From Clostridia bacterium (lineage in GTDB: Bacteria; Bacillota; Clostridia; TANB77; CAG-465), in assembly GCA_045652705.1 (NCBI GenBank), contig JAZRUV010000001.1, positions 12,268-76,267 on the forward strand: DNA of 64,000 nt, read 5' to 3'. Every line of letters starts with the position of its first letter. The stretch's first letter is position 1. This document shows positions 47,520-56,094 of this stretch, piece after piece. Made by a program: the position numbers and the translations under genes. Below the pieces are notes generated by a model. It ran no database searches. It saw only the letters and a list, made by a program, of their open reading frames with translations, and was not told the origin of the DNA.

Positions 47520-48281
47520 TTACTTTTTAAGCATAATACCATATCTTCCCGAGCGATAATACATTCCGGGATATGCAATTTGTAAAGCCCTTAAAACACT
47601 TCTATTTCCAATGTGCGCAAGCAGGCCGTCCAAATTGTTGTCAATAAAATCTTGCTTTGTAAGATTACAGGCTTGTTCAGGAGTAAGCTGTAGCTTTTCT
47701 TCTACAAGCCACTTAATAGCAGGAACTACTTCGTCTTCGTGCCAAGGCCAAATTACAGTTATCTCCCACTTTTTATACTTATCTTTAGCCACTGTGTTTA
47801 GCAAATTAAACAAACTTCCTGCATTGTGCATTGCTTTGCTACCACCATATCTTATAATAAGTTCAGCATTTATCTTTCTGTAGTCTTCCTTGGTGCGAAG
47901 CTTTATTTTTTCCTTTTTTGCTACCCATAAAAGAAAATCTCGCCTATTTTCCTCGCTCTTCCAAAAGTTTTGTGGTACTTTTTCAAATTCCCACGCTTTC
48001 AATTTCCATTCCGGAAAACAGTAGATAAGCATCTCTACGTCTCTATTATTGAAGAACTTCTTAGCGCCTCCAAGACAATTATCCTGTAAAAATACGTGAT
48101 TTACTTTTGTCAAAACGTCTTCTCGAGTATAACCATGAAGTGTTAAGATAAGATGCCGGACCATAACCTTGATACTTTTTTTGTCGAGATAGTTGTTAGG
48201 AAAAGTTTTTAACTTTCCCTGAAGCAACATCCCATACATAGTGATAGGGTCTAATCCCAAGTGATTCTTATATTTTGCCAC
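47520..48281 (-). CDS. Hypothetical protein (moderately GC-richer gene)
   Basis: 253-aa ORF with SD GGAGGT upstream. No motif recognised with confidence. Confidence 0.55.
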   Translation of the reverse strand: MAKYKNHLGLDPITMYGMLLQGKLKTFPNNYLDKKSIKVMVRHLILTLHGYTREDVLTKVNHVFLQDNCLGGAKKFFNNRDVEMLIYCFPEWKLKAWEFEKVPQNFWKSEENRRDFLLWVAKKEKIKLRTKEDYRKINAELIIRYGGSKAMHNAGSLFNLLNTVAKDKYKKWEITVIWPWHEDEVVPAIKWLVEEKLQLTPEQACNLTKQDFIDNNLDGLLAHIGNRSVLRALQIAYPGMYYRSGRYGIMLKK

Positions 48282-48416
48282 TTTATTACCTCCAAATTAT
48301 TGTTAGTTTTAATAAAATCCCTTCTTGTATTTTACCACAAAAAGAGATTTTTATCAATATTATGTGAAGTGATTTCGTTAAATGCATGTATTTTCTGCAC
48401 AAATAATTGAATTACA

Positions 48417-48809
48417 TTATTCTACATAATCATATTCCCAAAGACTTAATTTGCCATTAACAGATATATGCTCTATTTCTTGAACGTTTTCTAATTTAAA
48501 TCCGTAACCTTTCCAATTGTCTTTCATCGCTATACCTTTATATACCAACGGATCTTTTGGTACTACTTGCTCTCTAAAATTATCATCGACAAAAATACAA
48601 TCTGTTAATGTTGCTTTAGCTATAACACATCCAAGTGGATATTCCAAATTTAGATGTTCAAATCTTTGCATAGCCTCTTTATCTACACCTTTCCCAGCAT
48701 GTATTAATATGTTTCCCCTATAGTTAGTTTTCCATGTTCTAAATTCATATTCTTTATATCCCTTGGCAATCAATGTTGCCCATGGTTGTTTTATAGTTAT
48801 AACTTTCAT
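48417..48809 (-). CDS. ASCH (PUA-like) domain protein
   Basis: MKVITIKQPWATLIAKGYKEYEFRTW is the typical ASCH N-terminus. Confidence 0.75.
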   Translation of the reverse strand: MKVITIKQPWATLIAKGYKEYEFRTWKTNYRGNILIHAGKGVDKEAMQRFEHLNLEYPLGCVIAKATLTDCIFVDDNFREQVVPKDPLVYKGIAMKDNWKGYGFKLENVQEIEHISVNGKLSLWEYDYVE

Positions 48810-49390
48810 TTGTATCTCCTTATCACACTACAGTTTTTCTCAACTCTACTACCACCTATTGTTGCATAATATATTTGAAATACATCTTTTATTATTTTAT
48901 CTTCACTTTCTATTTTATCCATAATAGGAAGTAATAGCGGTGTATAGATAACCTTATATAATATAAAATCACAATTAAGTTCAATAAACCCTAGCTTTTT
49001 ATAAAACTGCATTCTTCTTTGTCTTAACTCGTTTTCTTTTTTGTCTTTACCTAATCCCAATTTTTCTACTTCTATAAATATCCCTTTATATTTACTACTC
49101 ATTTGTTTTAGCCTATCTATAGCTTGCGTACCATATCCTCTACCCTGAAACTCAGGTAATATTGCAAAGTAATCTACTTGAAAATAGCCATTTTTGTCTA
49201 ATGAATTAGCCAAAACAAACCCCACAAAATCTTCACCACTGGTTATTTCAAATATTTGTAATATTGACTTTTTAAAAGCCGTTTCTAATTGTTTATATGA
49301 TTTTCTTTCAGAGTCTGGAAATAATTTTAAATATTCCGGATATATTTTATTTTTAAATCTATTTATATCTACTCCTACTAATTCTAACAT
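48806..49390 (-). CDS. GNAT family N-acetyltransferase
   Basis: QGRGYGTQAI acetyl-CoA binding motif. Start at MLELVG (AAGGAG 9 nt upstream). Confidence 0.8.
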   Translation of the reverse strand: MLELVGVDINRFKNKIYPEYLKLFPDSERKSYKQLETAFKKSILQIFEITSGEDFVGFVLANSLDKNGYFQVDYFAILPEFQGRGYGTQAIDRLKQMSSKYKGIFIEVEKLGLGKDKKENELRQRRMQFYKKLGFIELNCDFILYKVIYTPLLLPIMDKIESEDKIIKDVFQIYYATIGGSRVEKNCSVIRRYK

Positions 49391-49426
49391 TTTTATTTGC
49401 TCCTTAATTAATAACAAAATTAATAA

Positions 49427-50605
49427 TTAATATTTTAAGAATAATTTTACTACTCTTTTTGCAATCTTGTATGCAGGTCCCTCTAATTCTTTTCTTGCAT
49501 TTTTTAATTCCTTACGTATTTCTATCCCTTGTGGACAATGCTTCTCACATTTGCCACATTCAATACAATTTGATGCTGATGTAGATTCTTTTCTAAGAAG
49601 TGTGCACATAACATACTCTTTTATTCCTACAAATTTATTATCTGTATAGCATTTATTATACGCCGAAAAAGTTCCTGGTATATCTACATTCTTAGGACAA
49701 GGCATACAATAGCGGCAGCCCGTGCATCCCACTTTCATATTGTCATTTATAGCTAATACTACTTTTTTCAACAGTTCTTCATCTTGCTCACTAAATTCTC
49801 CTACTTTTGATGTAGATGCCACTTTAATATTCTCCTCTACCATTTCCTTAGAATTCATACCGGATAGAACGCACATAACTTCTTTTTGATTCCACAGCCA
49901 TCTAAAAGCCCACTCGGCAGGAGTACGCTTAATATGATAGTTTTCAAATAACGTCTTCGCCTTATCTGGCAAAGCATTTACAAGTCTTCCTCCACGAAGC
50001 GGCTCCATAATAATTACTGGTATACCTTTACTTGCCGCATAATTTAATCCTGTTCTACCCGCTTGAGAATGCTCATCTAAATAATTGTATTGTATTTGGC
50101 AAAAGTCCCAATCATATGCGTCAATAAGCTTACAAAACATATCTGAATTCCCGTGATATGAAAAACCTATTTGACGTATTATACCTTTTTGTTTTTTGTC
50201 CTCTAACCACTCAAGAATACCAAGCTCTACAAGGCGTTCCCAGCTCTTTACGTCCGTCAACATATGCATTAAGTAATAATCTATGTAATCTGTCTTTAAA
50301 CGTCTTAATTCTTCGTTAAGACACTTTTCAGCCCCTTCTTTTGACTTAATCATATACTGAGGGAGTTTTGTCGCAATATATACTTTATCTCTAATTTTAT
50401 TTCTTTCAAATATTTCACCTATAGCAGCTTCACTTCCAGGATAAATGTATGCCGTATCGTAGTAATTTACTCCTGCTTCATAGGCCATCATTACCTCTTG
50501 TTCAGCCTTTTTTATATCTATCTTGCCCGCCTTTTGAGTAAAACGCATACAACCATACCCTAGTACAGATATTTTATTGTTATATTTATCTAAACGATAT
50601 TCCAT
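49427..50605 (-). CDS. Aldo/keto reductase fused to a C-terminal 4Fe-4S domain
   Basis: AKR N-terminus (LGYGCMRF...YYDTAYIY) with CTGCRYCMPCP and CIECGKCEKHCP clusters. Confidence 0.85.
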   Translation of the reverse strand: MEYRLDKYNNKISVLGYGCMRFTQKAGKIDIKKAEQEVMMAYEAGVNYYDTAYIYPGSEAAIGEIFERNKIRDKVYIATKLPQYMIKSKEGAEKCLNEELRRLKTDYIDYYLMHMLTDVKSWERLVELGILEWLEDKKQKGIIRQIGFSYHGNSDMFCKLIDAYDWDFCQIQYNYLDEHSQAGRTGLNYAASKGIPVIIMEPLRGGRLVNALPDKAKTLFENYHIKRTPAEWAFRWLWNQKEVMCVLSGMNSKEMVEENIKVASTSKVGEFSEQDEELLKKVVLAINDNMKVGCTGCRYCMPCPKNVDIPGTFSAYNKCYTDNKFVGIKEYVMCTLLRKESTSASNCIECGKCEKHCPQGIEIRKELKNARKELEGPAYKIAKRVVKLFLKY

Positions 50606-50687
50606 ATTCCACCCCTTTATTTATATATATTTATTGTTGAAATTATATCATTACAAAAAAATATATTCAACTACAAATAACCACGAC

Positions 50688-50716
50688 AAAAGATTAGTGA
50701 TTATCACTAACCTTTT
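50688..50716 (-). terminator. Terminator after the kinase gene
   Basis: Palindrome TTAGTGAT-T-ATCACTAA with A/T-run flanks. Confidence 0.55.
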
Positions 50717-50723
50717 AATATAT

Positions 50724-52223
50724 TTATTTACTTTTTATTCCCTCTATTTTTATACGCTTATCCTCGCAAGCAAGCTTTAACTTTTCTGCCCTATATGAAC
50801 ATATTTTATATTGCTTCTTTCCATCGAACTTTATAGTTACGCATTTTGTATATGTGTTACTTTCTAATTTAGGATATTCCGTTATTATTAGACTGGCTTT
50901 AGTTTCTTCTAAAGTTTCAAATGTTGTCATAAAACCCGTACCTGTACCGCCTCTTTCTTTATTAGTTGTGACCGCCTCTAGTCCTAATTTCATTAATGTA
51001 TCAATTGTAAAATCTACACCCGTATCATAAATAGACAATTCGTATTTCTTATTCTTAACACCAAGTATCGCAAGAACTTCCTTGTTATTCTCATCACTCA
51101 AACTAACTGCATTTATAGCATCTCTTAAATGGTCGCCTATTAATGTTTCTAATTTGTCTTTAGAAATTAAGTTATTAACTAAATAATGAATATTACCTAT
51201 TACTTTTAACTTGAAATTAATGTCGTTTTTCTGACACTCACTTTGCATATACTTAAACATATTGTCTATTTCTGGCATTTCAGTTTCATCAAGTTTTGGT
51301 AGTTCCTTAACTTCCTCAAATCTTTCAGAATATTCATTAGTTAGTGATTCTATTATTTTTAAAACATTCGGGCTTATATTTTCTTTATCTATATTATATG
51401 AATTCATATTACTTGCTACCATCAACTCTAACGCTTTTTGCCTGTTATAGAATTCGTGTGTAATTTTGCTTACATTCTTCTTATCTTGTTTTAATGCATC
51501 TATTTCATTTTGCTTTTCAATTAATTCTTTCTTGTACTCTTCCATAGTGTCTGTAAGTAGCTTTTGTTTGTAATGCATAGTTAACATCTTATGAATTGTG
51601 AAATACATTACAACTCCTATTATTAAAAATGATATTATTAAACTCCATGTTATTTGATCATATTTTGCTCCTAATAAGCAATAAAGAATTATCATAATCG
51701 TACTTATATTAATTATTATAATATTTGTTACTTCATTATTAAGCTTAGCATTTATAAATAAAAAACCATTTTTAAATCTTTTTATACTAAAAAATGCATA
51801 TAGAATTCCAAATTCTATCATCAACATACATAATAAACTTACAAATTTGTTGTCAAACCCTAGCAACTGTTCTATCAATTTGTAGGGAATAAAACTTATA
51901 ACAACACTTAATGTATGAAAAATTGCTAAGATTGCATAAGCCAATATAATTATAATCATAGAGTAAGATAATTTTTTGCATGTTATTTTTGATATTATTA
52001 ATGTATAAGTAAAATATAATAGTATAAATGCAAGAAATGAATCAAACACTGTTTTCATATAAATATATGATGGTATTAAAAATATATTTACTAATATTAA
52101 TATAATGTTATGTTTTATAAAGTTTTCCTTACTATTAGATACTTTTACAAAGCAATAATACACCCATATGTTAGTTATAAACAATCTAATAAAATATATT
52201 ATTGTATCTATGTTAATTTCCAT
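50724..52223 (-). CDS. Multi-TM sensor histidine kinase (AgrC/ComD-like, GHKL ATPase)
   Basis: About 6-7 N-terminal TM helices, a coiled coil, H-box SKITHEFYNRQ, N-box-like GDHLRDAINA, G1 YDTGVDF and G2 GGTGTGF. Confidence 0.75.
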   Translation of the reverse strand: MEINIDTIIYFIRLFITNIWVYYCFVKVSNSKENFIKHNIILILVNIFLIPSYIYMKTVFDSFLAFILLYFTYTLIISKITCKKLSYSMIIIILAYAILAIFHTLSVVISFIPYKLIEQLLGFDNKFVSLLCMLMIEFGILYAFFSIKRFKNGFLFINAKLNNEVTNIIIINISTIMIILYCLLGAKYDQITWSLIISFLIIGVVMYFTIHKMLTMHYKQKLLTDTMEEYKKELIEKQNEIDALKQDKKNVSKITHEFYNRQKALELMVASNMNSYNIDKENISPNVLKIIESLTNEYSERFEEVKELPKLDETEMPEIDNMFKYMQSECQKNDINFKLKVIGNIHYLVNNLISKDKLETLIGDHLRDAINAVSLSDENNKEVLAILGVKNKKYELSIYDTGVDFTIDTLMKLGLEAVTTNKERGGTGTGFMTTFETLEETKASLIITEYPKLESNTYTKCVTIKFDGKKQYKICSYRAEKLKLACEDKRIKIEGIKSK

Positions 52224-52317
52224 TTATTTCACCCTGTTAATAATTATAACTAAAATTCCTAATATTAGCAATATTTTTAGTATTTACTTATGATAAGTTG
52301 TGTTCAAATACTAAATA

Positions 52318-52347
52318 AAGCAGTTCCTAATAAATAGAAACTGCTTT
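52318..52347 (-). terminator. Hairpin after the 13-codon ORF
   Basis: Minus strand AAAGCAGTT-12 nt-AACTGCTTT followed by ATTTAGTATTT. Confidence 0.5.
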
Positions 52348-52360
52348 GTTTGAATATATA

Positions 52361-52402
52361 TTAATATCCTAACCAATATCTTAACCACTCTAGAAAACTC
52401 AT
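52361..52402 (-). CDS. 13-codon ORF MSFLEWLRYWLGY (candidate signalling or leader peptide)
   Basis: ATG 52402, TAA 52361-52363, strong SD GGAGGTGA (GGAGGT at 52411-52416) 8-9 nt upstream. Lies between the RR and HK genes. Hand-translated. Confidence 0.35.
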   Translation of the reverse strand: MSFLEWLRYWLGY

Positions 52403-52532
52403 ATATAATCACCTCCACCGCTTAATAAAAAAAATACCATCTATGCGCTTTGCATAAATGATATTTGGAAGTGTTTATATGTTATAATTGATTACATTTT
52501 GTTATAATTTGTTGTTTTTTGCTTTAATTTTA

Positions 52533-53315
52533 TTACATTTCCTTTCTAATCTTGTCTGCATAGTAATATACAAACTCTGTCGGTGTTGGAACACCAGTTT
52601 CATAATTAACTCTTGCTGTATAATATTTAGTTAAGTCTTCTATTGGCGTTATTCTCCAAGCGTGCAATATTGCATTTTGCATTGCTCTACTTATAGTACT
52701 ACTAGACTTTTTATATTTGCCAACTAGATGTTGTACTATAGATAGTTTAGAATTATCTCCACTATGAAGAATAAAATGTATTGCATCACACAAATATTTT
52801 CTTCCGTGAAGATGTGAGCCAACACCAATTAAGTCTAGCTCCTTATTTATTTTGTTATATATACTTTCTTCTAATTTATTATCTTCTACTTCAATCGCAG
52901 CAACTTTATTTGTTGTTTCATAACTTTTAAGCAAAAGCAATGTGTTTATTACAGTTTCTCGAGAATAATTCTTTTGCTTTTTATAAAATACAAAATCTAT
53001 ATTGTTATTATGGCAATAGTCATATACTGTATTAGAATGTACATTTGTCGTTACTATTATCTTAGGACGTTTGTTTATTGGATATTCTTTCATTGTTTCA
53101 ATAAAGTCAAAACCGCTACCTTCACCATCCGTTAATTCTAAATCTAGTATTACCGCATCTGGATTGTGAATTTCAAATTTTTCAACTGCTTTGACTGACG
53201 AATTAGTAACAGAAACTATTTTAACATCTTCTCTATTCTTTACAATATTTTTATAAATTCCACATTCATTCAAATCATCTTCAACAAGTAAAATTGTTAA
53301 TGGCATCTTTTCCAT
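52533..53315 (-). CDS. Response regulator with a Spo0A-type C-terminal DNA-binding domain (Spo0A paralog-like)
   Basis: Receiver (LLVEDD, AVILDLEL, IIVTT, FYKK). The C-terminus aligns by eye to Spo0A_C (IGVGSHLHGRKYLCDAIHFIL...SRAMQNAILHAW...PTPTEFVYYYADKIR versus IGVPAHIKGYLYLREAI...ERAIRHAIEVAW...PTNSEFIAMVADKLR). Confidence 0.75.
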   Translation of the reverse strand: MEKMPLTILLVEDDLNECGIYKNIVKNREDVKIVSVTNSSVKAVEKFEIHNPDAVILDLELTDGEGSGFDFIETMKEYPINKRPKIIVTTNVHSNTVYDYCHNNNIDFVFYKKQKNYSRETVINTLLLLKSYETTNKVAAIEVEDNKLEESIYNKINKELDLIGVGSHLHGRKYLCDAIHFILHSGDNSKLSIVQHLVGKYKKSSSTISRAMQNAILHAWRITPIEDLTKYYTARVNYETGVPTPTEFVYYYADKIRKEM

Positions 53316-53442
53316 ACAAATCTCCTCTCACGATTTTGTAACATATTATCATAATTTGTCACTTGTTACCACACTCAAGCACTATGAGTTTTCACTATTT
53401 AAATTATTATTTTAAATATACTTTAATTGTGGGTGGTAAATT

Positions 53443-53766
53443 ATGAAAAAAGAAATCGGTCAAAGAATTAGAAAAATTCGCGAGAGTATGTTCTTAACAA
53501 AAGAAGCTTTTGCAAAAGAAATAGGAATAACAGGTCAATATTTAGGTTTAATTGAACACGGTCAAAATTATCTATCAATAGAGAAACTTAAAATACTATG
53601 TGACTTCACAGGCTTTTCTGCTGATTACATTTTGTTTGGTAAAGACTTAAATGTGATTAAAACCACTAAAGAAATGCTAACAGAATTCTCTGACGAACAA
53701 TTAATTAGTGCTTGCCTTGCATTAAAAGATTTAGCGTTATATTTAAAATCTAATAATGATGACTAA
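53443..53766 (+). CDS. XRE-family HTH transcriptional regulator
   Basis: IRKIRESMFLTKEAFAKEIGITGQYLGLIEHGQ HTH. 107 aa. Confidence 0.85.
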   Translation: MKKEIGQRIRKIRESMFLTKEAFAKEIGITGQYLGLIEHGQNYLSIEKLKILCDFTGFSADYILFGKDLNVIKTTKEMLTEFSDEQLISACLALKDLALYLKSNNDD

Positions 53767-53962
53767 ATAATAAAAAATCAGTCGATAATCTTTTTTGATT
53801 ATTTGTCTGGTTTTATTTTTTATCTTATTTGAACTAATGTCTAATAATATTTGAATATTTTACATAATTATGCTATAATATTATCGTTAATACTATACTA
53901 TCCTTATGGATTATACATATATTAAGCACAACATCTCATTAATTAATGAAAGGACGATTTTT

Positions 53963-54418
53963 ATGGAATCAAAAAAACGGCATAATCTTAACAAAAGAAA
54001 GCTAATTATTGGATTAATTTTTTGCGTTATTCTTTTATCTAGCTTACTGTACTTTTATCATAATCATTGGAACGGACTTTACATTGTAAATAATATTCCT
54101 ACCTCCATCACCGGAGTTGGGATAATTATTGTCATTTCGCTTACAATTTGCACAGTATTTGTCCTTGGAGGATTTCTTCTTGGAATTTACTTTCCAGCTG
54201 AAAGCAAAAAGAAACTTACGAATTTATCGGATAAATTCGTAAGTGTAGCTATTAAAGATTTTGATAACTTTCCCTTAGCCAAGTTTATTTCTAAAGATGA
54301 TATATCTTGCATCGCTAAACTTGGTGCAGATAAAAAAGTTAGCTATTCTTTTAACGTGAAGGCCAAATTCTACCAAACTGATGATTATGAGCTGTTTTTG
54401 AAACATTTTGATGTTTAA
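53963..54418 (+). CDS. Hypothetical two-TM membrane protein
   Basis: Start at MESKKRH (GAAAGGA upstream). Two hydrophobic helices, then a soluble tail. Confidence 0.5.
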   Translation: MESKKRHNLNKRKLIIGLIFCVILLSSLLYFYHNHWNGLYIVNNIPTSITGVGIIIVISLTICTVFVLGGFLLGIYFPAESKKKLTNLSDKFVSVAIKDFDNFPLAKFISKDDISCIAKLGADKKVSYSFNVKAKFYQTDDYELFLKHFDV

Positions 54419-54421
54419 AAA

Positions 54422-54463
54422 AGCTCCCTCGTACACTTATTTGTGTTACGAGGGAGCTTTTTA
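54422..54463 (+). terminator. Rho-independent terminator
   Basis: AGCTCCCTCGTA-13 nt-TACGAGGGAGCT followed by TTTTT. Confidence 0.85.
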
Positions 54464-54639
54464 TTGTATAGGAAATATCGTTAAATTAATGAATATAAAA
54501 ATGTCGAAATTTGCGATGAAAAGCGGAACAAAAGGTCTTGGCAAAACATTGTTCTGGATGTAAAATATGTCTAATTCAAGAAGGGTGGCCTAGGAATAGG
54601 TGGAAACTTAAATACAACATCTTTATAAAAAATCCCTAG

Positions 54640-54654
54640 ACTATTTAAAGTCTA
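54640..54654. repeat. 15-bp direct repeat flanking the IS (left copy)
   Basis: ACTATTTAAAGTCTA, identical to 56009-56023. Confidence 0.85.
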
Positions 54655-54687
54655 TGGACTTGTCAACAAAAAGTAGACACAAAAAAC

Positions 54688-55506
54688 CTATCGAAACCCT
54701 AATTGAATTTTATATTCAATTGGGGTTTTGTAGTTTAATGCATAACTAGGTCTATATTCATTATTGTCCCTTACAATATCTTTTATAAATTCTTGTACTG
54801 TGTTATAATTATTTGTGTCAAAATCAATATACATTTCTTTCTTAAGCCAACCATTTTTGGATTCTATAACCGGATTATCTGTAGGTGTTCCGACTCTAGA
54901 CATGGATCTTGTAATAAAGAAGTGTTTTAGCATATTGTTAAATGACGCAGAGGAATATATCGCGCCTTGATCTGTGTGGAAAATTGTTTCAAGTTCGCTA
55001 TATCCTCTTTTTTGTTTGTTATCTAACATCTCATTTAACGCAGCACGATGATTTAAAATATTGCAACCATGTTTAGATTCTCTAACGTCAGAGCCTACAA
55101 TTTCGTTGTTGAAAACATCTAGATAAAAAGTCCAATCATAAGGTTTTCTTTTAAACCAAAATGTAGTTGTATCCGAAACAATCTTTTCGAAAGGACGTGA
55201 AACGTTCCAATTACCCTGTATTATATTAGGATATTTAATTGATTCTTCGCCTGCTTTTTTATATTTGTAATGTCTAGCCTTTGATTTAATATTTAAGGCT
55301 TTACATACCTTATGAACTAAATTATCCGATACAACCCAATCAGTTTCTCTACGTATTAAAGCATTTATTCTACGATAACCGTAACTAGGTTTCTTGATAT
55401 GAATTTCTTCAACTAGTTTCTCTAAATCCAACCTATTAATCTCATAAATGTTTAAAACATCTTTATTCTTTAGCCATTTGTAGTAACCACTTCTAGAGAT
55501 TTTCAT
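54688..55506 (-). CDS. IS3 transposase OrfB (DDE/rve domain); made as an OrfAB fusion by -1 frameshifting
   Basis: DDE residues in VSDTTTF, FHTDQG and DNPVIESKNGWLK. The orfB frame stays open upstream to the slippery site (…IVKEREFEIVLALSSEFNVKSLCEYMKISRSGYYKW). Confidence 0.9.
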   Translation of the reverse strand: MKISRSGYYKWLKNKDVLNIYEINRLDLEKLVEEIHIKKPSYGYRRINALIRRETDWVVSDNLVHKVCKALNIKSKARHYKYKKAGEESIKYPNIIQGNWNVSRPFEKIVSDTTTFWFKRKPYDWTFYLDVFNNEIVGSDVRESKHGCNILNHRAALNEMLDNKQKRGYSELETIFHTDQGAIYSSASFNNMLKHFFITRSMSRVGTPTDNPVIESKNGWLKKEMYIDFDTNNYNTVQEFIKDIVRDNNEYRPSYALNYKTPIEYKIQLGFR

Positions 55507-55577
55507 ATATTCACATAATGATTTAACATTAAACTCAGAGCTTAATGCTAAAACAATTTCAAATTCTCTTTCTTTGA

Positions 55578-55925
55578 CTATTTGAATATTACAACGGAAC
55601 CATCTCCTTTCACAATGTATCCTTTTTTTAATCTTTCATTCTCGATTCTTAATTTCATATTTTCATATTCAAGTTTTTCTAATTCTGAAAGTTCGTTACG
55701 TCTTTGATATTTAGTTAACGGATTACCAGGTTTTCTTTTATTAGTTAATCCAGGCTCTCCTTCGGACAAGTATATTCTTGTCCATTTTCTAACTGTACCA
55801 CTATCTACATTTTCTTCTCGAGAGACTTCTCTAGAAGATTTTCCTTCCAATACAACTTTATTAACTATTCTTAATTTTTCTTCTTTACTCCAATATTTGT
55901 TTTTTCCACCTTTTGGTCTTCCCAT
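55578..55925 (-). CDS. IS3 transposase OrfA (HTH)
   Basis: 115 aa with an HTH and a leucine-zipper-like region (LEKLEYENMKLRIENERLKK). SD GGGAGGAA upstream. Confidence 0.9.
   Translation of the reverse strand: MGRPKGGKNKYWSKEEKLRIVNKVVLEGKSSREVSREENVDSGTVRKWTRIYLSEGEPGLTNKRKPGNPLTKYQRRNELSELEKLEYENMKLRIENERLKKGYIVKGDGSVVIFK
55623..55629 (-). promoter_or_regulatory. Programmed -1 ribosomal frameshift slippery run (A7 followed by G)
   Basis: Minus strand TTA AAA AAA GGA lies near the end of orfA, and the -1 frame continues into orfB. Confidence 0.75.
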
Positions 55926-56008
55926 AATACATTCCTCCCTAATGTTATTTTAACACAAACAAAAAAATGAAAGTAGATTTTTGTGTCTACTTTCATTTTA
56001 CCACTTCA

Positions 56009-56023
56009 ACTATTTAAAGTCTA
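56009..56023. repeat. 15-bp direct repeat flanking the IS (right copy)
   Basis: ACTATTTAAAGTCTA, identical to 54640-54654. Confidence 0.85.
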
Positions 56024-56094
56024 GGGAGGGCGAATTTATTCGCTTTGTTCTCTTATAACAAACGTTGTACTTAATATTATGTCGTTTTACAGGT

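Larger units (their letters stand above)
54655..56008 (-). mobile_element. IS3-family insertion sequence (1354 bp)
   Basis: Imperfect about 33-bp terminal IRs, both starting TG (TGGACTTGTCAACAAAAAGTAGACACAAAAAAC / TGAAGTGGTAAAATGAAAGTAGACACAAAAATC). Has orfA+orfB with an A7G slippery site. Confidence 0.9.
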
